Shown piece after piece: positions 11,834-23,734 of a stretch of 50,379 nt of DNA (position 1 is the first letter of the stretch; each line of letters starts with the position of its first letter). The position numbers were made by a program, and so were the translations under genes. The notes below the pieces were generated by a model, which was not told where the DNA came from, did no database searches, and saw only the letters and a program-made list of their open reading frames with translations. Source of the DNA: Paracoccaceae bacterium (GTDB lineage: Bacteria; Pseudomonadota; Alphaproteobacteria; Rhodobacterales; Rhodobacteraceae); the NCBI GenBank assembly GCA_003550665.1, contig PUKW01000349.1, positions 1-50,379 on the forward strand. Reading direction: 5' to 3'.

Positions 11834-13924
11834 TCACCCCACACGCAGAAGGCGAATTGCCTTGTCGCGCTCCATCAGCCAGAACAGCACCCGCGCGGCC
11901 GCACCGCGCTCGGAGGCGAGCCTGGGGTCGCTTGCGAGCAGGGCGCGCGCATCGCTCTGCGCGAGCGCCATCAGCCCGGTCTGTCGTTCGAGATCGGCCA
12001 CGCGAAACCGCGGCAGCCCCGATTGCGCCGTGCCCATCAGATCCCCGGCGCCGCGAATCGCGAGATCCTCCTCGGCGATGCGAAAGCCGTCCTCGGTTTC
12101 GCGCAGGATCTGCAGGCGCCGCCGGGCCGACTCCGACAGCGGAGGCGCATAAAGCAGCAGGCAGGTCGACTCGGCCGTGCCGCGCCCGACCCGCCCGCGA
12201 AGCTGATGCAGCTGCGCAAGGCCAAAACTCTCGGCCCGCTCGATGACCATGATCGTCGCATTGGGCACATTGACGCCGACCTCGATCACCGTCGTGGCCA
12301 CGAGCACGCCGGTCTCGCCCGCATCGAAGCGTGCCATCGCCGCGTCCTTCTGCGCCGCCGGCATCTGGCCGTGCACCAGATCGACGACGCCCTCGCCGAG
12401 CGCCGCGCGCAGATGCCGAAACCGCGTCTCCGCCGAGGTCAGATCGACACTCTCGCTCTCCTCCACGAGCGGGCAGACCCAGTACGCCTGGCGCCCGGCG
12501 GCGAGCGCGTCGCGCAGATGCGCGACCACCTCCTCGAGCCGCGCCGCCGAAACCAGCGCCGTGCGGATCGGCCGGCGGCCGGGCGGCTTCTCGTCGAGCT
12601 GCGAGACATCCATGTCGCCATACTGCGCCAGCGCGAGGCTGCGCGGGATCGGCGTCGCCGTCATCACGAGCACATCCGCCGCCGCCCCCTTGGCGCCGAG
12701 TTCCATGCGCTGCGCCACCCCGAAACGGTGCTGCTCGTCCACGATCGCGAGGCGCAGATCGGCGAAGGTCACGTCGCGCTGAAAGAGGGAATGGGTGCCG
12801 ACGAGGATCTGCATGGCCCCGGAGGCGAGCGCCTCCAGCTTGGCGGCGCGCGCGGCGCCCTTGTCTTCGCCGGTCAGCAGGTCGAGGCGCACCCCGGCCG
12901 CGTCGGCGAGCGGCGCGAGGCTGTCGTAATGCTGCCGCGCGAGAAGTCCGGTGGGCGCCATGAGCGCGCCCTGCCCGCCCGATTCGACCGCGATCAGCAA
13001 CGCCATCAGCGCCACGAGCGTCTTGCCTGCGCCGACATCGCCCTGCAGCAGCCGGCTCATCCGGGTTCCGGCGGCCATGTCGGCGCTGATCTCTGCGATC
13101 GTGCGCTCCTGCGCGGCGGTAAGAGTAAAATCGAGCGCGTCGAGCACCTTGCGTTGCAGCGCGCCGGTCCCGCGCACGGCCCGCCCGCGCTGTCGGCGCT
13201 GCGCGGCGCGGGCTAGCGCCATGGCGAGCTGATGGGCGAAAAGCTCGTCATAGGCCAGCCGCCGCCGCGCCGGGGCATCGGGCGACAGCGCGGCCATGTC
13301 CTCGGGCGCATGCCCCGCCTTGAGCGCCGCACGCCAGCAGGGCCAGCCCTCGCGCGCCATGAGCGCAGGGTCGATCCATTCCGCCAGGTCCGGCGCGCGG
13401 GCGAGCGCGGCCGCCGCGGCCTTGTGCATCACCCGCTGCGTGACGCCCTCGGTGAGCGGATAGACCGGCTCGAAGCCCGGCAGATCACCGGCCTCCTCGG
13501 GCGGCAGGATATGATCGGGATGCACCATCTGGGCGACGCCGTCGAACAGCTCGAGCCGCCCGGAAACCAGCCGCCGGTGCCCCGTCGGGAGCTGCTCCTG
13601 CAGCCAGGCACCCCGGGCATGGAAAAACACGAGCTCGAAATCGACTTCGGCGTCGGAAACCTGCACGCGATGAGGCCGGCCCTTGGACGCGGCCGGCAGG
13701 TGGCGGCGCACCGCGACTTCGACGGTGACGACGCAGGGCGGCGTGACCTCGCGGATCGTGGCGCGGCGGCTGCGGTCGATCCCCGAATGCGGTAGCGTGA
13801 AGAGCAGATCGCGCGGCGTGGCGATATCGAGCCCGCCAAGGCGCTGCGCCGTGCGCGCACCGATGCCGGGCAGCGTGTCGAGCCCGGCAAAGAGCGCGAA
13901 CAGGATCTCGGGCCGCCCCGCCAC
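11834..13924 (-). CDS. recG: ATP-dependent DNA helicase RecG
   Basis: RRRLAYDEL, LLQGDVGAGKT, DEQHRFG, MTATPIPRSL, QLHQLRGRVGRG, DGFRIAEEDL. Confidence 0.98.
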   Translation of the reverse strand: MAGRPEILFALFAGLDTLPGIGARTAQRLGGLDIATPRDLLFTLPHSGIDRSRRATIREVTPPCVVTVEVAVRRHLPAASKGRPHRVQVSDAEVDFELVFFHARGAWLQEQLPTGHRRLVSGRLELFDGVAQMVHPDHILPPEEAGDLPGFEPVYPLTEGVTQRVMHKAAAAALARAPDLAEWIDPALMAREGWPCWRAALKAGHAPEDMAALSPDAPARRRLAYDELFAHQLAMALARAAQRRQRGRAVRGTGALQRKVLDALDFTLTAAQERTIAEISADMAAGTRMSRLLQGDVGAGKTLVALMALLIAVESGGQGALMAPTGLLARQHYDSLAPLADAAGVRLDLLTGEDKGAARAAKLEALASGAMQILVGTHSLFQRDVTFADLRLAIVDEQHRFGVAQRMELGAKGAAADVLVMTATPIPRSLALAQYGDMDVSQLDEKPPGRRPIRTALVSAARLEEVVAHLRDALAAGRQAYWVCPLVEESESVDLTSAETRFRHLRAALGEGVVDLVHGQMPAAQKDAAMARFDAGETGVLVATTVIEVGVNVPNATIMVIERAESFGLAQLHQLRGRVGRGTAESTCLLLYAPPLSESARRRLQILRETEDGFRIAEEDLAIRGAGDLMGTAQSGLPRFRVADLERQTGLMALAQSDARALLASDPRLASERGAAARVLFWLMERDKAIRLLRVG

Positions 13925-13927
13925 GGC

Positions 13928-16129
<2,202 letters not shown>

Positions 16130-16843
16130 TCAGGCCTCGAGGGCGACGCGACCGCTGCTGACTTCGGGCACCGGATCACGCAGGACGTAGCCGCGCCCCC
16201 AGACCGTCTCGATGTAATTCTCGCCACCCGTGGCTTCGGCGAGCTTCTTGCGCAACTTGCAGATGAACACATCGATGATCTTGAGCTCGGGCTCGTCCAT
16301 CCCGCCATAGAGATGATTGAGAAACATCTCCTTGGTCAGCGTCGTGCCCTTGCGCAGGCTCAGCAGCTCGAACATCTGGTATTCCTTGCCGGTCAGATGC
16401 ACGGCCCGGCCATCGACCTCGACGGTCTTGGCGTCGAGATTGACGTCGACGCGCCCGGTGCGAATGATGGATTGCGAGTGGCCCTGGCTCCGGCGGATGA
16501 TGGCATGGATGCGCGCGACGAGTTCCTCGCGGTGGAACGGCTTGGTCAGGTAGTCATCCGCACCGTTGCCGAAGCCCCTGATCTTGCTTTCGGTGTCGTC
16601 ATCGCCCGTGAGGATCAGGATCGGTGTATCGACCCGCGCGCCGCGCAGCTGGCGCAGAACCTCGTGTCCGGCCATGTCCGGCAGGTTGAGATCGAGCAGG
16701 ATCAGATCGTAGTCGTAGAGCTTCGCCAGATCGATCGCCTCCTCGCCGATATCGGTGCAGTAGACGTTCAGATTGGCGTGGGTCAGCATCAGCTCGATGC
16801 TGCGCTGCGTAGTCGGGTCGTCTTCCACCAACAGGACGCGCAT
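16130..16843 (-). CDS. ctrA: Response regulator CtrA
   Basis: [67 protein letters not shown]. Confidence 0.98.
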   Translation of the reverse strand: MRVLLVEDDPTTQRSIELMLTHANLNVYCTDIGEEAIDLAKLYDYDLILLDLNLPDMAGHEVLRQLRGARVDTPILILTGDDDTESKIRGFGNGADDYLTKPFHREELVARIHAIIRRSQGHSQSIIRTGRVDVNLDAKTVEVDGRAVHLTGKEYQMFELLSLRKGTTLTKEMFLNHLYGGMDEPELKIIDVFICKLRKKLAEATGGENYIETVWGRGYVLRDPVPEVSSGRVALEA

Positions 16844-16887
16844 GGCAACTTCTCCGGATTGAAACCTTTGTGCCCTCACACTGGGCG

Positions 16888-16909
16888 TTAATAGTTAACC
16901 GGCCCTTAC
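16888..16909. promoter_or_regulatory. CtrA-binding site upstream of ctrA (autoregulation)
   Basis: TTAA-CCGGCCC-TTAC (16895-16909; minus strand GTAA-N7-TTAAC) plus an adjacent TTAA at 16888; the consensus is TTAA-N7-TTAAC. Confidence 0.7.
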
Positions 16910-16936
16910 GCTGACATGTCTGCGCCGAATTGCAAC

Positions 16937-17215
16937 CTAAAGTTGACGATATTTCTTTGTCGCGGTGACCTTGAGGGCACCCTTTCCGAAACGCGTTGCA
17001 GCGTTGCACCAATGCTCGAACTCCTCGTCGGACAGCGCATAGCGGCGCAGCGCATCCTCGCGCGTGATCAGCCCCGTCGCCACGGCCCGCACCACGGCGA
17101 GCTTGCGACTGGCCACCCAGCGCGACGTGTTCGGATCCGGCAGGTCGGCCCGCGTCATGATCGTGCCATCCGGCAACGTGACGGCGCCCGGCCCCTCGGA
17201 TCGCTTGATATACAT
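16937..17215 (-). CDS. sciP: CtrA inhibitor SciP (DUF1153)
   Basis: VTLPDGTIMTRADLP, RWVASRKLAVV, RYALSDEEF..W; directly upstream of ctrA. Confidence 0.95.
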   Translation of the reverse strand: MYIKRSEGPGAVTLPDGTIMTRADLPDPNTSRWVASRKLAVVRAVATGLITREDALRRYALSDEEFEHWCNAATRFGKGALKVTATKKYRQL

Positions 17216-17262
17216 GGCCAACATCCCCTGAACAGTCCCCGCCACGATCATTGTGTGACAGC

Positions 17263-17278
17263 GTTAAGGGGGCGTTGC
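17263..17278 (-). promoter_or_regulatory. CtrA half/degenerate site upstream of sciP
   Basis: Minus strand GCAA-CGCCCCC-TTAAC. Confidence 0.5.
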
Positions 17279-17338
17279 CGGCGGGGTTGAGAGTATCGCG
17301 CATTTTCTATATTTCGCAGGGTAAGCACGGAGATAACG

Positions 17339-18481
17339 ATGGCCCTCGACAGCATGCATCCGCTCAACTCGCTGGGGCTGGCCAAGCCGCCGGCGCAGAC
17401 GCGCGTGATCGTCGCGATGTCGGGCGGGGTGGACAGCTCGGTCGTCGCGGCGATGCTCCATGACGAGGGCTATGACGTGGTGGGAATCACGTTGCAGCTC
17501 TATGATCACGGTGCGGCGCTCGCCAAGAAAGGAGCGTGCTGCGCGGGGCGCGATATCCACGATGCGCGTCGCGTCGCCGAGGCGCGCGGCTTTGCGCATT
17601 ACGTGCTCGATTACGAGAACGCCTTTCGCGACGCGGTGATCGACGAGTTCGCCGACAGCTACCTCGCCGGGGCCACCCCGGTGCCCTGCATCCGCTGCAA
17701 CGAGCGGGTGAAGTTTCGCGACCTGCTGGAGACGGCGAAGGATCTCGACGCCGACTGCATGGCGACGGGCCACTACATCCAGCGCAGGACGGGCCCCGCG
17801 CGGGCCGAGCTGCATATGGCCGCCGATCCCGTGCGCGACCAGTCCTATTTCCTGTTCTCGACGACGCAGGAGCAGCTCGACTATCTGCGCTTCCCGCTCG
17901 GGCACCTGGAGAACAAGGACGCCACGCGCCGGCTCGCGCAGCAATACGGGCTGAGCGTCGCCGACAAGCCCGACAGCCAGGATATCTGCTTCGTTCCCGA
18001 TGGCGACTACGCGAAGGTCATCGAGAAGCTGCGCCCTGGCGCCGCGGAGCCGGGCGAGATCGTCCACGCCGATGGCCGGGTGCTCGGCACGCATCCCGGC
18101 GTGATACACTTCACCATCGGGCAGCGCCGCGGGCTCGGCATCGGCGGGCTCGAGGAGCCGCTTTATGTGGTGCGGCTGGACCCGGAAACGCGGCGCGTCG
18201 TGGTCGGGCCGCGGGCGATGCTGGCGACGCGCCGGGTGCCGGTGCGCGAGGTCAACTGGCTCGGCGACGCCCCGCTCCAGAGCCGGGACGAATGGCCGCT
18301 TTCGGTCAAGCTGCGCTCGACACGCCCGCCGCGCGAGGCGGTCCTGCGCCCGACGGGCCCCGACAGCGGCGAGGTCGAGTTGATCGCGCCGGAGGAGGGC
18401 GTCAGCCCCGGCCAGGCCTGCGTTTTCTACGAGCCGGGGGGCAGCCGCGTCTTCGGCGGCGGCTGGATCACCCGCGGCTGA
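17339..18481 (+). CDS. mnmA: tRNA 2-thiouridylase MnmA
   Basis: [54 protein letters not shown]. Confidence 0.98.
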   Translation: MALDSMHPLNSLGLAKPPAQTRVIVAMSGGVDSSVVAAMLHDEGYDVVGITLQLYDHGAALAKKGACCAGRDIHDARRVAEARGFAHYVLDYENAFRDAVIDEFADSYLAGATPVPCIRCNERVKFRDLLETAKDLDADCMATGHYIQRRTGPARAELHMAADPVRDQSYFLFSTTQEQLDYLRFPLGHLENKDATRRLAQQYGLSVADKPDSQDICFVPDGDYAKVIEKLRPGAAEPGEIVHADGRVLGTHPGVIHFTIGQRRGLGIGGLEEPLYVVRLDPETRRVVVGPRAMLATRRVPVREVNWLGDAPLQSRDEWPLSVKLRSTRPPREAVLRPTGPDSGEVELIAPEEGVSPGQACVFYEPGGSRVFGGGWITRG

Positions 18482-18543
18482 TCCGCTTGCCCCCCTCCGA
18501 CCCCGCCGCTAGCCTCGGGCCCAAGCAACGGAACGGGGACGCC

Positions 18544-19989
18544 ATGAACGAGACAACGCATGCGCGCCGGATGCCGGGCCTGCCCGGTTGGGGTCTCGGC
18601 ATTCTCTATGTCGTGATCGTGGCGCTGCCGCTGCTGCTCGCCGCGCTCGGGGATGTCGAGCCGTTCGATATCTGGGCCGAACTCGCCGCGGCGACAGGGA
18701 TCGCGGGGGGCGTGATGATGCTGCTGCAGCTTGTCAGCAGTGGCCGCTTCGAGACGCTGTCGGGGCGCATCGGCATCGACGTGACGATGGGGTTTCACAA
18801 ATGGGCCGCGCCGATCGCGCTGGTGCTGGTGCTGCTGCATCCGCTGCTGCTGGTGGGGCCGTGGGACGACCCGGCCCGCTCGGCGCAGCGGCTCTGGGCG
18901 ATGTTCACGGGCGAGCGGCTGCGCGACGGGGTGGCGGCGCTGGTGATCCTTCTGGCGATCATCGGGCTCGGGATCTTTCGCGAGAAGCTGCCGGTGCGCT
19001 ACGAGATCTGGCGCGCGACCCATGCATTGATGGCGCTGGCGCTGGTTATCCTGACGGTGGTGCATGCGCGCGCGCACGGCATCTATGCGGCCGAGCCGCT
19101 CTCGGGGGCGTTCTGGATCGCGCTCGGCATCGCGGTGGTCGCGCCGATGCTGTGGGTCTATGCGCGCAAGCCGCGCGATCTCGCCCGCCATCGCTGGAAG
19201 GTCAGCGGGGTGCGCAAGCTTGCGCACAAGCTGTGGGAGCTGACCCTGACGAGCGGAACCGGCACGCCGCTGCGCTACGAGGCGGGGCAGTTCGCCTGGA
19301 TCAACGCCACCCACAGGCGCGTGCCGCTCGCGGATAACCCGTTCTCCTTCTCCTCGGCGCCGGGCGACGGCACGCGGCTGCAATTCATCATCCAGGAGGC
19401 CGGCGATTTCACGCGTACCGTCGGCGATCTGCCCGAGGGACGGCCCGTCGCGCTCGACGCGCCGCATGGCAGCTTCACCGCCGCGCGGCGCGATGGTGAC
19501 GCGATCCTGCTCATCGGCGGCGGCGTGGGCGTGGCGCCGATCGTGGGTATCCTCGCCGATCTCGCGGCGCGGGGCGAGACGCGGCCGGTGCGGCTGATCT
19601 ATGCGGCGCGCGACCGGGCATCGCTCATCGATCCGGCGGAGTTCGAGCCGATGCTCGCCGGGCTCGACTCGCGCGCGCTTTATCTCGTGGACGAGGACAC
19701 CGACGATTCGCGGCTCGGGCGCGGCCCCATCGGCGATGGGCACCTGCGAGCCATGCTCGACGGCATCGACCCGGCGCGGGCCTCCGCGCTGCTGTGCGGG
19801 CCCGGCGCGATGATGGTCGCCGTGACCGATACGCTCAACGATATCGGGGTGCCGCTCGACAGCATCGAATACGAGCGCTTCGACTACAGCGACGGGGCGC
19901 AGTCACGCAAGGATCGCCGGATTCTCACGCGGTTCCGGCTGACGGGCGCTGCGGTCGCCCTCGCCGCGCTCGCCTTCGCCCTGCGCTAG
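18544..19989 (+). CDS. Ferric reductase-like (NOX-type) membrane flavocytochrome: heme-b TM domain plus FAD/NAD(P)H domains
   Basis: Six TM segments with His pairs (FHKW...LLHP; ATHAL...VVHA), GQFAW, NPFSFSS, PHGSF, GGGVGVAP, LCGP, ERF. Confidence 0.88.
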   Translation: MNETTHARRMPGLPGWGLGILYVVIVALPLLLAALGDVEPFDIWAELAAATGIAGGVMMLLQLVSSGRFETLSGRIGIDVTMGFHKWAAPIALVLVLLHPLLLVGPWDDPARSAQRLWAMFTGERLRDGVAALVILLAIIGLGIFREKLPVRYEIWRATHALMALALVILTVVHARAHGIYAAEPLSGAFWIALGIAVVAPMLWVYARKPRDLARHRWKVSGVRKLAHKLWELTLTSGTGTPLRYEAGQFAWINATHRRVPLADNPFSFSSAPGDGTRLQFIIQEAGDFTRTVGDLPEGRPVALDAPHGSFTAARRDGDAILLIGGGVGVAPIVGILADLAARGETRPVRLIYAARDRASLIDPAEFEPMLAGLDSRALYLVDEDTDDSRLGRGPIGDGHLRAMLDGIDPARASALLCGPGAMMVAVTDTLNDIGVPLDSIEYERFDYSDGAQSRKDRRILTRFRLTGAAVALAALAFALR

Positions 19990-20094
19990 AGCGCGTCGCG
20001 TTCATTCGCATTCACGCGCCGCTCTCTAACCTCTTGAAATCGCATGTCCGAGGAGCGGAAAACCGGTCCCCTACTTTTGCGCGACATGCGCTAG
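19986..20094. repeat. 109-bp palindromic intergenic element (RIME/Bru-RS-like, MITE-like)
   Basis: CTAG at both ends; left hairpin (AGAGCG..CGCGT / ACGCG..CGCTCT); central CTAACCTCTTGAAAT; right hairpin CGCATGTC...GAAAACCGGTCCCCTACTTTT...GACATGCG. Confidence 0.75.
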
Positions 20095-20360
20095 AGATCG
20101 AGCAGATAGGCGATGATGTCGGCGCGGTCCTGATCGTCCTCGGCATAGTGATCGACGAGGAATTCGTCGAGCCACTCGGCGCGCTCCTCGTCATCGCCCT
20201 CGATGTCGCGCATGAAGCGCTCGGGACGGGCATGACACTCGACGCAGCTTGCGTCATAGGCATCAACGCCGCGGTCGATATCGCCGACGATCTCGTCATC
20301 TGCAAAGGCCATCGGCGCGGCGAGAAGGGCCGCCGCGACGGCCGCGAAACGGATGAGCAT
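20091..20360 (-). CDS. Small exported monoheme c-type cytochrome
   Basis: GGAGG RBS; signal peptide ending AFA; GDIDRG..YDASCVECH (CxxCH); C-terminal ADIIAYL class I helix; 89 aa. Confidence 0.82.
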   Translation of the reverse strand: MLIRFAAVAAALLAAPMAFADDEIVGDIDRGVDAYDASCVECHARPERFMRDIEGDDEERAEWLDEFLVDHYAEDDQDRADIIAYLLDL

Positions 20361-20376
20361 GACAAACCTCCGGGTT

Positions 20377-21555
20377 TCACTGCACCTCGCCAGCATGCGG
20401 CGCAATGCCGCGTTTGCCAAGGAATTCCAGCACCGAGTCCGCCGCGCGCTGCCCCGGTGGCGGGCCGCCCTGCCCCAGCCGCGCCATCGTCTGCCCGATC
20501 GCGGCGCGCTGCGCGGCCCGCTCGGGCCCGTCGCGCAGGAGCGCGTCGAGCGCCGGGGCCATGCGATTGGCGCGGCAATCGCGGCCGAGGAATTCCGGCA
20601 CCGCGCGCGTTTCGCTGACCAGATTGACCAGCGTGACCGTGTCGATGCGCAGCAACCGCGCCATGGCGAACCGCGTCAGCGGCGCCATGTCGTAGCCGAT
20701 CACCATCGGCACCCCCGCCGCCGCCAGCTCCAGCGAAACCGTCCCCGACGCCGCGAGCGCCGCATCGGCGGCGGCGAAGGCGGCGTGCTTGTCATCCGGC
20801 CCGAGCACCACCGGCGCCCCCGGCCAATCCGCCAGCTGCGCCTGCGCAAATTCCGCCGTCGCCGGCACCGTCGCAACCGCGACGCGCAAACCCGGATGCG
20901 CCTGCGCCACCTGCTGCAGGGTCGCGCCGAAGCGCGGCGCGAGCCGCTCGATCTCGCCGCGGCGTGAGCCGGGCAGGCCCAGCACCAGCGGCGCCCCGGG
21001 CGCGATCGCATGCGCCGCGCGAAACGCCGCCGCATCCGCCGCCGCGGCCCGCGGCGCCGCGACCACCGGATGCCCCACGAAATCACAGCTTATCCCCGCA
21101 GCATGCATGTATGGCGGCTCGAAGGGCAGAAGCGCGAGCACATGATCGACCACGCCCGCCATGCGCCGCGCCCGCCCCGGCCGCCATGCCCAGACCGACG
21201 GCGCAACGTAATGCACCACCGGCAGGTCGGGCCGCGCCGCGCGGACCTGCCGCGCCACACGCAGGCAGAAATCCGGGCTGTCGATCCCGATGAGCACATC
21301 GGGGCGCGCGGCGATGACGGCGTCGGCCGTCTCGCGAATCCGGCGCTTGAGCTGGCGATATTTCGGCAGGATCTCCGCCAGCCCCATCACCGACAGCTCC
21401 GCCATAGGAAAGCGGCTCTCAAGCCCCTGCGTCGCCATGCCGGAGCCACCGACCCCGATGAAATCGATATCGCGAACCCGCGCGCGCAGCCCCGCCATGA
21501 GGGCCGCGCCGAGCGCATCGCCCGACGCCTCCCCAGCGATCACGAAGGCGCGCAT
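20377..21555 (-). CDS. lpxB: Lipid A disaccharide synthase
   Basis: IAGEASGDALG, LSVMGLAE, IDSPDF, HYVAPSVWAWRPGR, LPGSRRGE, ASGTVSLE. Confidence 0.97.
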   Translation of the reverse strand: MRAFVIAGEASGDALGAALMAGLRARVRDIDFIGVGGSGMATQGLESRFPMAELSVMGLAEILPKYRQLKRRIRETADAVIAARPDVLIGIDSPDFCLRVARQVRAARPDLPVVHYVAPSVWAWRPGRARRMAGVVDHVLALLPFEPPYMHAAGISCDFVGHPVVAAPRAAAADAAAFRAAHAIAPGAPLVLGLPGSRRGEIERLAPRFGATLQQVAQAHPGLRVAVATVPATAEFAQAQLADWPGAPVVLGPDDKHAAFAAADAALAASGTVSLELAAAGVPMVIGYDMAPLTRFAMARLLRIDTVTLVNLVSETRAVPEFLGRDCRANRMAPALDALLRDGPERAAQRAAIGQTMARLGQGGPPPGQRAADSVLEFLGKRGIAPHAGEVQ

Positions 21556-22370
21556 CACCGCGCCCAGAGCAGCAGATCCAGCTCGTCGGCGACGCGCACG
21601 GCCTCGGCGCGGTCGAGCAGCATCACCCCGCCCGCCTCGAAGGCGACCCCGCCGAGACCTGCGGCCGCCGCCGCGCGCAGCGTCTGCGGGCCGAGCGCGG
21701 GCAGGTCGATGCGCCGGTCCTGGCCGGGCTTGGCGGCCTTGTAGAGCAGCCCGCGCGCGCCCGCCGGATCGGGGCGCATCGGCGGCAGCGCCGCGAGCCC
21801 TGCGAGCATCGCATCGGTGCCGGGCAGCGCCTCGACAGCAAGGCACAGCCCCTGCGACACGACCGCCCCCTGCCCGACATCCACCGCGCCGAGGGCGGCG
21901 ACGATCTCGGCCGCGCGCGCCGCATCGGCGGCGTCGCCCTTGCCGGGCTGACGCGCCGAAAGCACCCCCGCCGCGGGAACCAGGCCGGGCGCGACATCGG
22001 CGGCCCCGACCACGTCGAGCCCCGCCTCCTCGAAGATCGCGATCACCTCGCGCAGCGTTGCGTCGTCGCCCGACTGCATCGCGCCGAGCAGGCGCGGCAC
22101 CATTGCCGCGGTGCGCGGATCGAAGGCCCCCGGGTCGAGCCGGGGCCGCTGCGCCGCGCCGGCAAAGACCACGCGCCCAACGCCTTGCTCGTGCAGCGCA
22201 TCCAGAAACGGCAGCAGCCGCTCGACCCGGAAACGCAGATCCGGCGCGCCGAGCTCCGCGGCAAGCCCCGCCCCCTCGGGCGCCGCGATCAGAGGCGGCA
22301 CCTCCAGCGCGTCACGCAGGAGTTCCGGAAGCCGGCCCGACCCGGCGATAATGGCAAGACGCTCGCCCAT
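21555..22370 (-). CDS. lpxI: UDP-2,3-diacylglucosamine pyrophosphatase LpxI
   Basis: LAIIAGSGRLP, GDDATL, DVGQ, AVEALPGTDAML, KPGQDRRIDLPALG; lies between lpxA and lpxB. Confidence 0.93.
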   Translation of the reverse strand: MGERLAIIAGSGRLPELLRDALEVPPLIAAPEGAGLAAELGAPDLRFRVERLLPFLDALHEQGVGRVVFAGAAQRPRLDPGAFDPRTAAMVPRLLGAMQSGDDATLREVIAIFEEAGLDVVGAADVAPGLVPAAGVLSARQPGKGDAADAARAAEIVAALGAVDVGQGAVVSQGLCLAVEALPGTDAMLAGLAALPPMRPDPAGARGLLYKAAKPGQDRRIDLPALGPQTLRAAAAAGLGGVAFEAGGVMLLDRAEAVRVADELDLLLWAR

Positions 22371-22373
22371 GCC

Positions 22374-23168
22374 TTACACGGGATGCAGGAAGGCACGCTG
22401 CGACGGCTCGAGCAGGAAACCGGCCATCTCGCGCACATGCGGATCGGGGCTGTCGAGCAGCGCGCGCGCCCGCTCCGAGAGCGCCCCCTCGCCATGGGCG
22501 AGCGCGTCATAGGCCGCGCGCATCGCCGCGATGCCCGCGCGGTCGAGCCCGCGCCGCTTCAGCCCCACGAGGTTGAGCCCCTCGAGCCTGCCGCGCGGCC
22601 CCTGTACGAGCCCGTAGGGCATGACGTCATGGGTCACCATCGTCACCGCGCCGATGATCGCCCCCGGACCGATGCGCACATGCTGATGCACGCCGGACAG
22701 CCCGCCGATGATCACCCCGTCGCCGATCACGCAGTGCCCGGCCAGCGCGGCCTGGTTGGCGAGGATGACACCGTCACCGACGCGCGCATCGTGGCCGACA
22801 TGCGCGCCGGTCATGAACAGGCAGTCATCGCCGACCTGCGTGACCCCGCCGCCGCCCTCGGTGCCGGGGTTGAGCGTCGCCGCCTCGCGGATGCGGCAGC
22901 GCGCGCCGATCACGAGCCGCGTCGCCTCGCCCGCATATTTCAGGTCCTGGGGCGCCTCGCCGACACAGGCGAAGGGAAAGACGACACTCCCGGAACCGAT
23001 TTCCGTCCTCCCGGTGACGACGACATGGCTGCGCAGCTCGACCCCCTCCGCGAGCACGACCTCGGGCCCCACCAGCGAAAACGGCCCGATCACGCATCCC
23101 GCACCGATCCGCGCACCCGCCTCGATGACGGCGGAGCGGTGGATCAGCGCCTCGGGATGCACGGTCAT
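22374..23168 (-). CDS. lpxA: UDP-N-acetylglucosamine acyltransferase
   Basis: Hexapeptide repeats, PQDLKY, HVGHD, LAGH, GLNLVGLKRRG. Confidence 0.97.
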   Translation of the reverse strand: MTVHPEALIHRSAVIEAGARIGAGCVIGPFSLVGPEVVLAEGVELRSHVVVTGRTEIGSGSVVFPFACVGEAPQDLKYAGEATRLVIGARCRIREAATLNPGTEGGGGVTQVGDDCLFMTGAHVGHDARVGDGVILANQAALAGHCVIGDGVIIGGLSGVHQHVRIGPGAIIGAVTMVTHDVMPYGLVQGPRGRLEGLNLVGLKRRGLDRAGIAAMRAAYDALAHGEGALSERARALLDSPDPHVREMAGFLLEPSQRAFLHPV

Positions 23169-23172
23169 CGCG

Positions 23173-23655
23173 CTACCCCGCGCTCTCGCCGGTGTTTATC
23201 ATCGCCGCGAATTCGGCTTCGGCGGCAAGCTCGCCATCCACCCGCGCCTCGCCCCGGAACTTCCAGACCTTGCCGCGCCCGCGCAGCACCGTCACGTGAA
23301 GCTCGACGACATCGCCGGGGACGACCTTGCGGCGAAACTTGCAGTTGTCGATATTCATGAAATAGACCAGCGGCCCCTTGTCCACGAGATCGAGCGTCAG
23401 CCCGACGAGCACCGCCGAGGTCTGCGCGAGGGCCTCCACGATCAGGACGCCGGGCATCACCGGCTCGGCCGGGAAATGACCCTGGAAATGCGGCTCGTTG
23501 AAGGAGACGTTCTTGATCCCCGTCGCGGCGGTGCCGGGCTCGATGTCGCGCACCCGATCGACGAAAAGAAACGGGTAGCGATGCGGGATCAGCCGCTGGA
23601 TCAGGCCGATATCGGCCTCGGTCGGAATCTCGCCGCGCTGCGCCGCCCCGGTCAT
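23173..23655 (-). CDS. fabZ: 3-hydroxyacyl-ACP dehydratase
   Basis: [41 protein letters not shown]. Confidence 0.97.
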   Translation of the reverse strand: MTGAAQRGEIPTEADIGLIQRLIPHRYPFLFVDRVRDIEPGTAATGIKNVSFNEPHFQGHFPAEPVMPGVLIVEALAQTSAVLVGLTLDLVDKGPLVYFMNIDNCKFRRKVVPGDVVELHVTVLRGRGKVWKFRGEARVDGELAAEAEFAAMINTGESAG

Positions 23656-23697
23656 CACCCGCTCCCCGCTGCGCCGGATCCCGCGCCCGGCCGCGCT

Positions 23698-23726
23698 TGC
23701 CTAGCAACTCGCCCGCGTCCTGACAA
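23698..23726 (-). promoter_or_regulatory. Putative sigma70 promoter for fabZ-lpxA-lpxI-lpxB
   Basis: Minus strand TTGTCA-N17-TAGGCA. Confidence 0.5.
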
Positions 23727-23734
23727 GGCGCGGC

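Noticed and set aside
17536-18543. Apparent 336-aa N-terminal extension of the reductase overlapping mnmA (possible frameshift fusion)
   Set aside because: Arg/Gly/Ala-rich off-frame read of mnmA. No slippery site was seen, and ATG 18544 has its own GGGGA RBS.
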